Below are positions 35,476 to 48,430 of a stretch of DNA of 64,000 nt, piece by piece; position 1 is the stretch's first letter; every line of letters begins with the position of its first letter. This stretch comes from Picochlorum sp. SENEW3. Its lineage: Eukaryota. Location: positions 1-64,000 of the forward strand of contig CP120454.1 of the NCBI GenBank assembly GCA_034226945.1, given 5' to 3'. Made by a program: the position numbers and the translations under genes. Below the pieces are notes generated by a model. The model saw only the letters and a list, made by a program, of their open reading frames with translations, did no database searches and had not been told where the DNA came from.

Positions 35476-36057
35476 GAAAGCTGAAATCAGTCAGATGCCC
35501 ATGCCAGGCCACCACGTATCAATCAAATGTCATTGGTACATCTCTATATCTACAAACTGGACAATGGACCGCCATTGGCGGTCATGTGCCATCAACAGAC
35601 TGAAACCCTATCCTGTCTTCCCCAGGGGAACGCTACGTACCTAGCTGATCGACAATGTGCGGCCCTATGTTCCACAGAAGGGAACTTTTGATGCAATGTT
35701 TTGGACATTATCGATGGCATGATACCGATTCTGTCCTACACAACCCAGTTTCAGTGATGACCGTTCGTGCGTCAGTACCTCCTTTTTAACGGGCCTAACC
35801 TAGTTCTATCAAGCGACGAAAAGGGATGCTGGCAATTCCAGGGATTCGAAATATCTAACAAAATACAGGTTTTAAAATGATCGGTGCTACAGCGATGCAT
35901 CAAGGATCACACAGGCTTTTTTTTTCAGGAATCTTATCTTGGGAACGAATGGATTCCTGCAACTGCTCATGTACATATATATGGCTTGCATGCCACACAG
36001 ATACCCTGGCGACTTCTACCACATGCGTGCTGTTTCCAATGCTTTTTACAATCGCAG

Positions 36058-38578
36058 TTACGAAATGTCGTATTCAACTCTCTGGGAAATATCAAACAAA
36101 TCATCGTTGGACGGAGTATGAGAGACCTTGGCTAGCGTTCTTATTGGTCTAGATTTCTTCTTTGTGGGTCTCTTGGTTCCATCATCGCTTTCCCTTGAGG
36201 CAGAGGTGCTCGCTGTGTTATTTTCTGCCTGAATTCGATGGAGGATTGAAGAGACATGATGCATTGCTTGTGACAAGTCCCCAAGGCTCTTGGGTGTTGG
36301 CTCATTGTCTACCGGGGCCTTGTCCTTCACTTTTCCTACAGATTTCTGATGTATACCAATGCTACCTTCTTCTACACGCAGGCCAGTTTCTACGTCTGGC
36401 CCTTTTGATGGGGCCTCCTTCACTGCCCCCCTGCTGCTACGGATAGTTCCAGCCAGAGAAGGCATTGTAAACTTCTGCTGTTTGCCTTTTGGCACACTAT
36501 GCTGTCGTCCTAATCGTTCTGAGGATGGGCGGTTATTGATAGTATCGTCATTATTTTGGGCGACTCGTTGCCCCAAAGCTTGCTCAAAATCCTTCGATGC
36601 TTGAGAGTAGGGGAGCTTCACCCATGGGTGTTGGGATACATCGATCCTACCCGAGCTAGGCCCGTCTAGAAAACTCTCCCGCTCCTTCCCTGGGAGTGGT
36701 GCAGGCTTGTACATGGCCTCCGGCAAGAGTCTTCCTGAGGCTACCGAGTCCACCAGCCAATCAGCTGTCACAGCACATACTCCCAGGCGTTTAGAATGCC
36801 TGTACTTCTCACCATGCGCCGCAGGAATTAGAAGGTGAGAATCTTTCGCGGACATACAATCGATGCTGACAGCGCCACCAAGGGTCTCGATAGTGTGCTT
36901 TATGGCAGATCTCACAACTTTGTTGTACCCGGAAATTGCCACCCTGTAGGAAAAACCAACAACACAAAAACGTCATGTCACGTCATCTCCATGCAACCAA
37001 AACACAAATACGCACGATATGTTTTCCATTCCAGCCATGGGCAGAGGAAAAGGAAGAGGTTTGAAACACGGGGTGCCCTTTTGGGGTGTCAGTAACCGAC
37101 TAGCTTCTACACAGCATCTCAACCAATACAATGTAAACCTGTTTGTTTCTGGGACGGATACAAAGTCCCCATTCTGAGATTTTAAACGAGTTACTTCTAT
37201 CGCAGTCAAACTTGCAGGGCAAATGGCGAAAGCTTTGCTCTTCTCCGTGGCCACTGCAGATGGGAGGGAGGCATTGAACATCCTTCCACCCTGCTGTCTA
37301 ATAATATTTTCCGCAGTCGTTTCCTCGTTCGTACCTCTAATGGCGCAGAGAGTGAAATAATAGCCTGCAAATACTCCGTCTCTCGATTTTTTCTCACCGC
37401 CACCTGACAAAATGGATTGGCTGTTTGTTTCCCCAATCGACTGCATTGATGCACTGCCTTCCACCTTCTTATCAAACAATGTGTTCAACTTTGCTATATC
37501 CGATACATTCACCAGAAACCTCTCATCGACCGGCATTTCTTCTTGCCTAGAAACGCTTCTATCGAGCCAATCAATCGTAACCACAGGGACATCTTCATGC
37601 TTTTCTAGATACTGAACAACTTCCTTGGATTCAATCTGGTTCAACCTTGAACCCCTAATGATATGGGTGATCAGAGTAGGATGAGGCGAGGTGAACCTCT
37701 TCGCTCCAGACAAACGACACAGTCTCAACACGGTCATGCTCTCCTCCAAAGGGCATCCCACAGCCCACACACCGCAGTGGCCTAGAAAGTCTGTGTTGTC
37801 ATCCGAATGGTTCAAATCGTCCCAGGCCGTCATAGAATTTTCTTTCCCCACCGAAACACCCTCTTCATTCGATATATGCCCCTGTTCCGTAGGTGCTGGT
37901 GGTTTGGCGCCTTCCCTTGTCCTTTTCCTACACACCACAGACACATGTGAGATACTTGCCATGATATTACATTAATGTCATGCACACACACCTGTCATGC
38001 ATCCTAGCCTCTTCCTCATGACTCTTCTCACTGACATCCTGCACAGGATACAATGCACTATCCCGACACCAGCCACCCCGAATACTCTCGGTAAGCCACT
38101 GGGCACTTGCACACGCAATCCCATGCTTTTGGGCAAACACATACTTCTCACTACTCGTTGACGTGGACACCAGGTGCGTGCAGTGTTTCGTCAACGATGC
38201 AGAATGTGTCCCACCACTCTCCTGCACGAGATCCGCAAGCTTTGCCTTGTCCTCAGAGAAGAACCCAGAAAGACAGATTTTGAGCCCATAGCAGGGCCCA
38301 ACAGCATACTGCGAATATGGCACCTTCCTCCCCTCACGCACACTCGTTCTAATCCACTCCGGTGACACCACTGGGGTCATAGGATGCCTCTTCAAAACGC
38401 TGCAGTACTTGGGTGAGCCAACCCGGCGTGTCACAACAACGTGCGGGGGATCGTTCGGAGTGATTGCTGACATGACAATACCCCCGTGCTCACGACATAA
38501 GGATTGGATCTCATTCTTCTCTTTCTCACTAAGAAAAGTGAATAGAACCCGTAGCTCTTGAAAAAGCCCTCCGCTCAT
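36058..38578 (-). CDS. TOPBP1: Multi-BRCT DNA replication checkpoint protein, TopBP1/Rad4-like (3 exons)
   Basis: Several BRCT repeats (VVSPEWI, ICLSGF...CTHLV...EKY, VTIDWL, ISGY...VTADWL). GT-AG introns near 37991-37928 and ~37016-36946 join three ORFs. Confidence 0.8.
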
Positions 38579-38883
38579 ACCTCGTGTCTCCGTCGTTGGG
38601 ATGTCCTGTCAGTCATTGAATTCGAAAACAACCTGCTGCTTCAGTACCGATCAGTTTCATACAACCGAGTAGAAATTGATTCAATCTTCCAGGAGCGACA
38701 ACCACAGTGATTCTGGATACCAGCGACGACTGTTCAAATTGGCCCCAGCATGAATCCCTCAACAACCCACTGTTGAATCTAATTCCTTTCCTTAGTAAGG
38801 AAGCCAATGATCTCACACACAATGGTTTGGTTACTGGAAAATACATACATGGTTCCATGTGAATTCCATTTCCAATTTGGACT

Positions 38884-39963
38884 ATGAATATGAAGGTGGC
38901 TGTGCTCTTCCTTCTCCTCTTGTCTAGTGTTGTCTGTCAACAGACACAGGGTGAGAATGGCCTTTCATCTACTTCTGTCGACGAGGTACGGTTTTATTTG
39001 GTTTTATTGACATGTTTCCATGCTGACGATGGGCTGTTGGTGTAGAAGGAGCATACATGCGATGGACAGTTGGCCGATTCTTTGAAAGACAAGGTTGTCG
39101 CATGCGAGAAGAAGCTAGAAGATGCTCTATCTGTATACGAGAAGGAGAAGGGAATTTTAACAGAGAAGAATACCGCGCTCAAGGGCAGGGTGGGGGAGCT
39201 TGAGAGCAGGGTGAGGGAGCTTGAGAAGGAGGCCAAAGGTCTACAGTCAACACTAGAGAAGGAGGCAAGGAAGGTGAGTTCTCTGGAGAATGATCTTCGA
39301 AAGGAACAGTCTTCTCGTACAAGGTGGTCCAAGGAGAGTGCAGAGAGGCTGGATGAAGCTATGAGAGAGTTGGATGTGTTGAGAAGGGCATGGTTGCCTG
39401 TGTGGATGAGTGCGAGGTTGGGAGGCCTTGAGAGAGTTGGGGAAAGGGCTATGGAGGGGGCAAGACCGCTTATAGATGCTTCAATTACGTTTTTCAAAAC
39501 ACGCGTGGTCCCTGTGGGTAGGCGTGGTGTGATGGTGGGGTGGAGGGTGTGCCAGCAGGGCCTTGCCATGATGCAGGAGAAGGCTGAAAGCGTGTGGGAA
39601 AGAACTGTGCCGGTAAAGTATCGAACGACCATGAGTACGTACGTACGCACGGTAAAGACGGCGTGGAAAAGAGTCCAGCGTGCCGTGTATCCTGTGGTGG
39701 TGCAGTACAGCAGAGGGCTCAAGGCTCAAGTCATCATTGCTGTGGATGAAATCAGCCGCCTCGTCGAAGTATCGGCTCGCAAGTACCCAAAGCATCTTTC
39801 TTGGGCTGGTCAGGGGTCGAGGCCTGTTGCAATAGCAATCTTCATCCTCTGCTTTCCATTCATTGCCTTTGGCATGCCCCTAGCAAGTTCCATGCTGGTG
39901 GGCCAATCATCCCCAAAACCGAAATCATCTGGAAAGAAGAAGAAGAAAAAAGGCAGAGCATGA
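38884..39963 (+). CDS. Signal peptide + coiled coil + C-terminal TM protein with lysine-rich tail (2 exons), function unknown
   Basis: MNMKVAVLFLLLLSSVVCQ exon, GT-AG intron, heptad-rich region, IAIFILCFPFIAFG TM, KKKKKKGRA end. Confidence 0.7.
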
Positions 39964-40045
39964 TGGTGACATCAATAAACAAATTACTCGTGTAATACAT
40001 ATCACCTATCGTTGCTGTCCGTTGTTGAGCAAAGGGGTTGTTGCC

Positions 40046-41282
40046 ATGCCAGCCCTGAAGGGCTACCGGGACTTTCGCAACATACGCCAGGATCAGGGTA
40101 TCCAGGTGTATACATGTATAGAAGATGCGACTGGAAACGAGTGTATTGTAAAAGAATTCGATTTCGACGAAGAGTGCGTGTTGTTGCAGATGTTTCTCAA
40201 TTTTTGTTTTTTTTCTGCCATGTGAGAATTCAAACTGACGTACGGTGTCTTTTCGCAGCACCGTGGACTTGGACTCTTTATCTAAAGAAGTATTATTTCT
40301 CCGGTCATGTCGATCTCCGAATATCATAGAATGTTACGGAGCTCACTTGGATACAGAGAGCTGCACCCTGTATCTTGTACTGGAACCTCTGCTATGTTCT
40401 GTCTCGGATGTGCAAGGGCGGGAGGGACTTTGTGAAGCCTCTGTAGCATACATCATACACGAAGTTCTGTTGGCACTCGTGTATCTGCACTCGGAGCATA
40501 AAGTACACAGGGATGTCAAGGCTTTGAATATCTTCCTTTCTCGCCATGGAAATGTCAAGCTATCAGAATTCGGAGTTGCATCTAGAGTGACCGGAACGTC
40601 TGTGAATCGATGCAAAACGTATGTGGGGACACCATTATGGATGGCCCCAGAAGTGATTCACCAGAACCCAGAGGTTGGTGAACAAGAGAAAGCAAGTGGA
40701 TATGATGAGTCGGCAGATATCTGGTCACTGGGAATAACGGCCATCGAAATCGCTTCTGGACAAGTTCCCAGGGCTCATGTTCCCGCGATGAGACTCCTTT
40801 TTGCGATCGTGGAGGAGCCTCCTCCAGAACTGGACTCATCATTTTCACCAGAATTTCGTGATTTTGTCAGCCTCTGTCTTCAAAAGAATCCCCATGACAG
40901 GCCGTCCGCGATTGATTTGCTGCTCCATCCATTTTTGAAGAATGCAAACATCACCCAAGAGATTCTCGATCGAATCTCCGCGTGTACAGAGCAGGGCGAG
41001 GAGGAGGAGGAGGACGAGGCTATGCCAGAAGATGTTGATACCGCCTCTGCTCCTCACCCACCCAAGGCAGTACTTCGGGATGATGGTGACGAAAAAGAAG
41101 AAGATGATGACAGAAAATCAGAGGATGAAAATGTCTGGACAAAGTTAGTGTCCATCATGGACAAGGACAGGGATGCTGATCTCGTGAACATTCTGACTGA
41201 GAGATCTCTCAAAGGGGATGTCTTGCATTTGGGCACTCTGGGTGAATATTTGATCAAGTCGACCCAGTATGATGAAAAATAA
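40046..41282 (+). CDS. STE20/GCK-like kinase domain protein, probable pseudokinase; intron 40174-40258
   Basis: HRDVKALN, TYVGTPLWMAPEVI, ADIWSLGITAIEIA; DFG is replaced by EFG and there is no GxGxxG loop. Confidence 0.85.
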
Positions 41283-41425
41283 AAAAATTTCTGTAATTGC
41301 AACACCGATTGTCGTTTCATCGTCACACACCGCCTGCAGCTAGTTCGTGTTCGCAACGAAAATTCAAATCCGCTGGTCGATATTTGAGAGTCTCTGTGAC
41401 AAGGGGCGTATGATAATTTGAACAC

Positions 41426-42884
41426 ATGAAGATTCCTGATGAAATCAAATCACTGGCGAAGGAAAGTGCCCCCGCACAAAGGCTGGTCTCTTTGCTCGCG
41501 AGTGCTCCGGAAGAGCAGTTGTTTCAGGACATAGTGCAATGCATCGTGGATATTGTCCGCGAATCACCACGGTCTAAAGCAATAGACCATGGATCGAATG
41601 GCGTGGCTGGTGGTATCAGTGGTGAGGGCAAGGATGGCAGCAGATATGATTTTTCACAGACTGGTAGCTTTGTTGAGCAACTCACATTTCTGCACCCAAG
41701 GTATTGCTGTCATAGGTGCCTGAGACCTTGCCTGCTGGAAATATTTAATTGCATGTTGTTATAATTGCAGGGGAAAGCAGAGGCTCGGCTTTTTGACTGA
41801 CCGTTTGGTGGTTCAGACTTCAAAGCATGATATTGTCATTCTCTCCTCTGATGTGACTGATGTAGTGGTTCGTTCCATCTCTTGATTCATGCGTAGTGAG
41901 TATGGGTACATAGTGATGGTGTGAGTGCATGCGTGCAGATTCTTGATTCGATTCCGAAGGATACCAAGAATAGAGTCTGGATCCTTTTGCAATTCAAAGA
42001 GTACGTTCTCATAGTAGTACGAGGCGTCCTGGCGCATCATGATTACCTATATATATGATAATGCTGTAGCGATGCAAACATTATGAATGGGAAGACACGC
42101 ATGAAAGCGTGTGTAATCCAAGTGCATGCCACCCAAGAGCTTGAGATGAAACATCCTAAAGACAGCAGCAGAACATTGTCAGGGAATGCAGCGGTTGTCC
42201 TTTGCCAAGCAATTGGATGTTGTGGTATATCCCCACAGATATTCCACGGCAGCGCTCCAGAAGTGTTTCAAAGTTGCAACGCAGCATCAGCAGTTGAAGC
42301 GTTTGTGCGAGCTAGACAAGGTCATCTGTTCCCACTAAAAAGCGGCTTGTGCTTCCTGGAATCGGTACGTTGGTAATATATCGGTCATCTTACATACGCG
42401 TGGAAGCTCTTAATATGAACATTTGCTGCAGCCTGCCATCTTTATACATACAAATAAGATTCGTTCAGTGGATTTTGCCAGAGCAGGGGGAGCTTCTTCA
42501 ACATTTGACTTTCAAGTGCATCTAAAGGATGGTGCGATCGAAGAATTTTCAAATATTTCGCGACATGAACTGAACGCTATGCAAGATTGGGTGAGTAAGA
42601 CTGGGCTGTCAGTTGGTTTCCCCAGTGATTCTGAGGAAGAACCATCTCAGCATGTGGCATCAGGGGATGATGGCAGCGATGATGACGACGACGAAGACTT
42701 TGACCCCTACAAGAAAAGTCCCAAGAAGCTAAAAACTACCGGTGAGGATAGTGGTGACGAGGACGGGGGAGATGCGTCTTCCTCCTCCAGCGAAGATGAT
42801 GAGGGGGATGTTGAATTGGTCTCTGAGGAAGGCTTCACAATCGAGCAATTACATGGCATGATGGAGACAGAAAAAAAGGAATGA
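41426..42884 (+). CDS. Rtt106/SSRP1-like double-PH histone chaperone protein with acidic tail (multi-exon)
   Basis: VRARQGHLFPLKSGLCFLES|PAIFI...ASSTFDF...EFSNISRHE; D/E-rich C-terminus; exon boundaries approximate. Confidence 0.72.
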
Positions 42885-42898
42885 TACATTTACATATG

Positions 42899-44656
42899 TC
42901 ATAGGAGATGAAGAGAATTCTCCGACTCTTCGTTTTCTTCTAGTAAAGTGCCCTGAGGGGCCCTGTCAATGCTCTCTTGCCTCAGACCCCATGCAGACAG
43001 CTGTCCTTCTGAGCTCTCTGTCGTAACGCCCCTTCTAAATCGTTCCATGCGTATACTGTGTGATGTGTGATGCGATTTTCGCGTTCGACTTGTCCCAGCG
43101 AAATTCCCAACAGTTGGGTTGTTGTTGCCCAGATATCTAGGAACTTCTTTCTTCTTTGCACCGGCCCAGCGGAATCCGATCACAGCAGCAGCGATTAGTG
43201 TTATCGATTTGAGTATACCTGTTATGACTTGAGCAAATTCACGACTCTTGCCTCCTGCTCGTGTGTGCTGACTTATCTGAAATAGAGGTTGATACAAAAA
43301 TAGCGTGTTCCTGCCAGGAAGCAGCAGCATCAATATGTTTCGTCCTTGTAATTTTCGAAGCTTCCACATACGAATTCGAGCGACTGTGCATAGTGGAGCC
43401 TTGGATGCCGAGGGACCCAGACGTGTCAACACATGTTGGATGGCCTGGGAGACTTTGGATCCTGAAGATTTGAGACTTGTGGACTTTCTCAACATCTCCT
43501 CAGACACCGAGAATGATACATACTTCTCAGATTCCCATATGGTACTGGCATCATGAAATATTCCTTTCGAATGGTTGTACAGCGTGAATGCTCTCTGGCG
43601 CCAAATTGAATGCATTCCTGATATCAAAGAATACCCACCAGAGGATGCGAGGCCCATGCATGTGGGTTGCTGCAGCAAAGCCTCTCCATGTGTCTGGTGA
43701 ACCTCTCTGCATTTACCTTTTGATATCTTGACTCTTGATATGCGGCCAGTGTTTAGAATTACCGTAGCGAATAAATCACCAAGGGACGCATCAAAACTAC
43801 CATGCACGACTGTGGTCTCCAGGTCTTCATCTTTAAAAGTCCCTTCCTGCAAGCATCTTTTCAATATATTTCGCTTTACTTCGCCCTTCTTCCACCTGAT
43901 GTGATGTATAAATCCTTTAGAGTCTATGAAGTGGACCCCCAATCTCCTGCTAGCATGCATGCTTACCACCTCTTTACCAATGAAACTTGAATCATGATCC
44001 ATCTCAAGGCCATGGCTGGGAGGTCCAAGGGAGATATCACTACACATCAGATTTCCTTTACTCAAAACCAATCTCTTATCTGCATCAAAAGCAGCAAATG
44101 TGAAGTCCTTTCTGGGAGCGTTGCTGCCCAGTTTCCCTTGAAACGACTGCATCTCCACAATGCCTGGCATCACACTTTCATTCCACAGCTTTGCCCATCC
44201 TTTTCCCTGCATGGTAACATATTCCAAAGGCATCCCATAGAGGCCAAGGCCAGAAAAGTAGGCCAACACAAGAATATCATATTGGCAATCACGAGATTGC
44301 CTGAAATGCAACAAAGATGCAGCGGTGATAGCACACTCGTGATGGCAATCATGTGGCACATCCGCCTGCAACACAATATCTCCAAGATGTGACATGAGAT
44401 GCAAGATCCCCTGTGAGTCCCCGACTAGCGAGAACCCGGCCAATGGACACTGCACTGACGAAACACAACTTTCCAAGCCCAAAGTCTCCACAAAGGTCAC
44501 ATCCCGCTCGAATTCCAAGACCGCCACCAGCGATGTCATGTCATTAAAAGCATTCCAACTTTTTCGAAACAAATAGCTCGACGCATGACAGCCATTGTTG
44601 CCAGTGAGAGCTAAGAAAGACACAAGCACCACTGCAGCAGAAAAGACACTAGTCAT
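42899..44656 (-). CDS. Uncharacterised type I membrane protein
   Basis: 585-aa ORF with a signal peptide and a TM (ILKSITLIAAAVIGF) followed by basic residues. Confidence 0.65.
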   Translation of the reverse strand: MTSVFSAAVVLVSFLALTGNNGCHASSYLFRKSWNAFNDMTSLVAVLEFERDVTFVETLGLESCVSSVQCPLAGFSLVGDSQGILHLMSHLGDIVLQADVPHDCHHECAITAASLLHFRQSRDCQYDILVLAYFSGLGLYGMPLEYVTMQGKGWAKLWNESVMPGIVEMQSFQGKLGSNAPRKDFTFAAFDADKRLVLSKGNLMCSDISLGPPSHGLEMDHDSSFIGKEVVSMHASRRLGVHFIDSKGFIHHIRWKKGEVKRNILKRCLQEGTFKDEDLETTVVHGSFDASLGDLFATVILNTGRISRVKISKGKCREVHQTHGEALLQQPTCMGLASSGGYSLISGMHSIWRQRAFTLYNHSKGIFHDASTIWESEKYVSFSVSEEMLRKSTSLKSSGSKVSQAIQHVLTRLGPSASKAPLCTVARIRMWKLRKLQGRNILMLLLPGRNTLFLYQPLFQISQHTRAGGKSREFAQVITGILKSITLIAAAVIGFRWAGAKKKEVPRYLGNNNPTVGNFAGTSRTRKSHHTSHSIRMERFRRGVTTESSEGQLSAWGLRQESIDRAPQGTLLEENEESENSLHLL

Positions 44657-44979
44657 CCGTCGATACTACATGGAATGCTTGATTGGTCATCGAATATACA
44701 GAACGATATGCAGAAATACCCGTATCCGAAGGGTTCTAATGGAAGCGTTGGCATGCCATTTTGGGTTGATCCTCGTCATGACTGTCATTGGGTAGTCAGG
44801 CTTTGGAAACATCAAACAGGGTTGTCTCCTGCGAACGAACTGTAAAAATAAGTTTGAAATCTTCTCAAAAGTCAGTATAAAAGACGACGTGGTTGATTGA
44901 GCGACGAGAGAAGAACGGTTCCAGAAGAACGAGGCACAGGGAAAAGTAAACGTGTAAAGGGCACCTGCAAATTCAGACA

Positions 44980-45757
44980 ATGGATGCCATTCAACAGGCA
45001 AAATTAGTTCTTTTAGGTGAAATGGGCTCAGGAAAGACGAGTCTAGTACAGAGATATGTCCGAGGTCACTACTACGAAAATCAGGTAGGTCAATCGTGAG
45101 GTTTTGGGCTCCAGACTGGTTACGATCCTATTCCATTGATTCCATTTATACAAATCAGTTATTTTATTGTGAATTAATGGGGTTGAGGGGTCGCTGCGTG
45201 TCGTGACAAACATCTGGACTGTGTAACTTATTTCATGTTCTTTGCGCTTACTCTTTCTTTCTGGCGTTCAGGAATCCACAATCGGCGCTTCATTCTTCAC
45301 AAAAACAGTTCCAGAAAGTCATATCAAGTTTGAAATCTGGGACACAGCCGGTCAAGAACGATACCACTCTCTTGCGCCCATGTACTATAGAGGGGCCTCT
45401 GCAGCAGTGGTTGTTTTCGATATAACGCATGCCGCGTCATATCAAAGAGCTAAGAAATGGATCGTGGAATTGAGGCAAAATGTGACCAACGCAAACCTCA
45501 TCATCGCATTGGTTGGGAACAAGGCTGATCTGGTAGAGGACAGAACTGTAGAGGAAGGTGAGGCAAAGGACTACGCCAATGAATTGGACTTGCTGTATTT
45601 TGAAACATCGGCCAAAGAAAACGTGAATGTAGAAGAGCTGTTCAACACGATTGCGGAGAAAATCCCAAAACAGACCCAGCCGAGACAGGCCCAGCAGCAG
45701 AATGTCCAACTCCATCAGCAGCCAACAGCCATAGCTCAGCGGAGCTCTTGCTGTTGA
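44980..45757 (+). CDS. RAB5: Rab5/RabF-family small GTPase; intron 45085-45271
   Basis: Exon 1 [55 protein letters not shown]-terminal CC. Confidence 0.9.
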
Positions 45758-45961
45758 TGATATCAATAGTAGGCTTTGATTGCTTTTGTTCCACAGGATG
45801 TACTTTGAACTTTTGTTGTGTAAACTTGCCCTATTCAAAAAAAATGCATTGCCATCAGAACAGTAGTAGTAGTAGGTTCAAACAAATGAAACTATCCGGA
45901 CATCGACGCTGATTCATTCGTGAATAAATAATGAATCATCAAGGGTAGTAACGTACGCGTG

Positions 45962-46834
45962 ATGCTGTCAAACTCGATAGGCAGGCGTTTTGGGTTCACT
46001 TCGTGCCAGGGAGCCACGAATTCGTTCGGTTCGAACCGAAGTTCGAGGCTCTTGTCACGGTCCAGCAAGGGCAGAGAGGATGATACGGACGACTGGAGAA
46101 AGTTTAGGGCAAAACTAGTCTTCTCAGAAGAGGAGCAATCCATGAATGACCTGCCAGGCCCCCAGATGAGCGAACCAAACCTCGCGCGTTTCCTGAGTGA
46201 AGACAGCGAATTCGCCGAGAGCGAGCCTCTGTGGGCGCATGCAGTCCCCGGACCAGAGCAAGGCGGCCTTCTGATTGCGACATCAATGGTTGACGCGGGT
46301 ACAAGCCATTCTCTGCCGGAACACCTGTGGCAGACGGTCATTTTCCTGTTAGAGTGTTCTCCCAATGGTTCTGTGGGGCTCGTCTTGAATCGACCGACCA
46401 TTCTTAGCCTTCAAAAGACAATGCTGCGAGATGAGATGGGAGAATCTAGACTTCGAGCAAGTTTTGCAGAGAACCGCTTGTACTGTGGTGGAGAGCACAA
46501 GCAAGAAATCATTTCAATTCTGCACCGATATGACACATGCGGTGGACAACTGATTTGTCCAGGTGTCTATCTAGGCGGCCACGCAGGAGCTGTTTCCGCA
46601 GTGGAGTCCATGGGCCATGACCCGTTCACATTCAAGTTCTTCTCAGGTTGTGAAATGTGGATGAAGGGAGAGTTGGAGAAAGAGATTGAGGACGGCCTAT
46701 GGCACTGTGCTGCAGCATCCAGCAGTTTGATACTGAAAAATTGCCTCAACTTGCCAGTCCCGCTTTATGTTGAGACATTGAAGCTGATGGGTGGAAAGTA
46801 CGCTGCCGAAGCAGCCCGAGTCTACGAAGAGTAA
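45962..46834 (+). CDS. DUF179/UPF0301 (AlgH/YqgE-like) protein, likely plastid-targeted
   Basis: DWRKFRAKL, WAH..EQGGLLIA, GSVGLVLNRP, LYCGG, FKFFSGCEMWMKGELEKEI..G.W. Confidence 0.88.
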   Translation: MLSNSIGRRFGFTSCQGATNSFGSNRSSRLLSRSSKGREDDTDDWRKFRAKLVFSEEEQSMNDLPGPQMSEPNLARFLSEDSEFAESEPLWAHAVPGPEQGGLLIATSMVDAGTSHSLPEHLWQTVIFLLECSPNGSVGLVLNRPTILSLQKTMLRDEMGESRLRASFAENRLYCGGEHKQEIISILHRYDTCGGQLICPGVYLGGHAGAVSAVESMGHDPFTFKFFSGCEMWMKGELEKEIEDGLWHCAAASSSLILKNCLNLPVPLYVETLKLMGGKYAAEAARVYEE

Positions 46835-46854
46835 ATCTGTCTGGCACATGCCAG

Positions 46855-48420
46855 CAGTGTTTCTGATTGTTGCATATTCCTGAATCAATTTGCCATATTC
46901 AAAATCCGCGCCGTATGCCAATGTTTATTGAATATGCCAGCAAAATATGCCATTTTACCATGGCAGATATGCCATAATAGCTGGGGGGACGAGTCTCCCG
47001 CCGATGAAGAAGTGGGGGTCTTGAGCGAAAGAGCTTCATCACGACAATGGCCCGTTTTCCCAGCATCAAATGCTACTTCTTCAGCCAAGCAAGCAAAAAT
47101 ATCCCAATGTGCAGATATAGGGTGTGAAAATGAGAGGAAAGCCAGGAAGCTGGAAGCAGAGTTGACCAGGCTTCAAGAGAGATACACACCTGCTTCTCAA
47201 AGCGATACTCTGTTGCACCCTGATCCGGAATGCAGAGAAGATGCGTCGAAAGAAAAGAGCAGCAAAAGAAGACGCAATCCGGGGAAAGTCGAGTTGCATT
47301 TTAAGTGGACTGGCTTGATGGATCAAAATGTTTTCTGCCGTCCATGCCCAGTAGGGAATGGACAGCTTGTTGTTGTCAACAAATCTGACAACAGATCATC
47401 TTCATTGAAGCAGCATGAGAAAACGGCATCTCATCACAGATTTGCAAAGATTCATGGTGATTCAAAGTTTTTTCTCGAAACTCAGGTGAAGGTGAGCAGA
47501 TGTACAGGTACACCAGCTGCCAGAGAGCAAAGGAGAAAAGCATATGTATTCACCTTAGTCTTATCCTCTTTGAACCAATATGGATTGATCAATGGATTAA
47601 AAAACTGGATCACTAACATGATGGACTATTTGCCGACAGAAGATATTGGTGTAAGGAGTTATGCACAAACATCCAACCATTCTCTGTGGCTCATGGTAGA
47701 TGCCATGGATTATGTGTTGAGACAAGAGGTGAAAATTGTACTGCGTGAAGCTGAGTTTTTGGCTTTTACTATTGACTCTAGCACAGATAATTCGACGACA
47801 GACTACATGGATGTGAAAGTGCGATTCTGGAAAGATGGAAAGGTCATGTATCTTTTCCTTGCTCTGGTGGTGATGGGAGCAAACACGAAAGCATCAGATC
47901 AGGCGACGACGATGCTTGGTGTCATCAAAGATTTCATGGATATGTAAGAAGGACAGTTAGTGCAGAAAGCTGTATCGATCGGAGCACATGGGTGCGACAC
48001 TACGCAAGGCAAGCACAACGGAGTTCTCGTCAATTTGAAGAGGAAAGCATTTCATTACATGCTCCCAACATCCTGTGCTGCCCATAAAGCTAACCTCGCT
48101 TGTGAAGTAATTGATAAGGTTCCTTCATGTAGTTATCTCTGCACACTGGTTAAAGGTACGCAAAATCATTTCAGCAACTCACCCAAAAGAACAGCAAAAC
48201 TTGCAGAACGCTTTCAAGAAGCTGGTCTCCGGTTTTTGCAAGATGGAAAGGATAATGGATGTCAGGTGGATGCCTGTGTGTCATGCTTTCCATTCGTTTT
48301 GTAGAGGTCTGCCTGCTATTTGGAACTATCTCCATGAAGAGCAACACAAAGAACATGAAGCAAAAGACTTGTTTGGTAAGCTCTCTGATTTTACAACACT
48401 CTGAGAAATTTTCTTGTATT
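46855..48420 (+). mobile_element. Truncated hAT-superfamily DNA transposon (left end plus decayed transposase)
   Basis: CAGTGTTTCT candidate TIR at 46855; clustered TATGCCA/TGCCATA subterminal repeats at 46890-46980; transposase relic follows; no right TIR found. Confidence 0.7.
46928..48404 (+). pseudogene. hAT-like transposase pseudogene (ZNF862/C17orf113-type)
   Basis: Zn finger FCRPC...LKQHEKTASH, catalytic FTIDSSTD, CAAHKANL (CxxH), DVRW. In-frame TAA at 47945-47947 and a frameshift near 48240. Confidence 0.82.
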
Positions 48421-48430
48421 TGCCTCTGCT

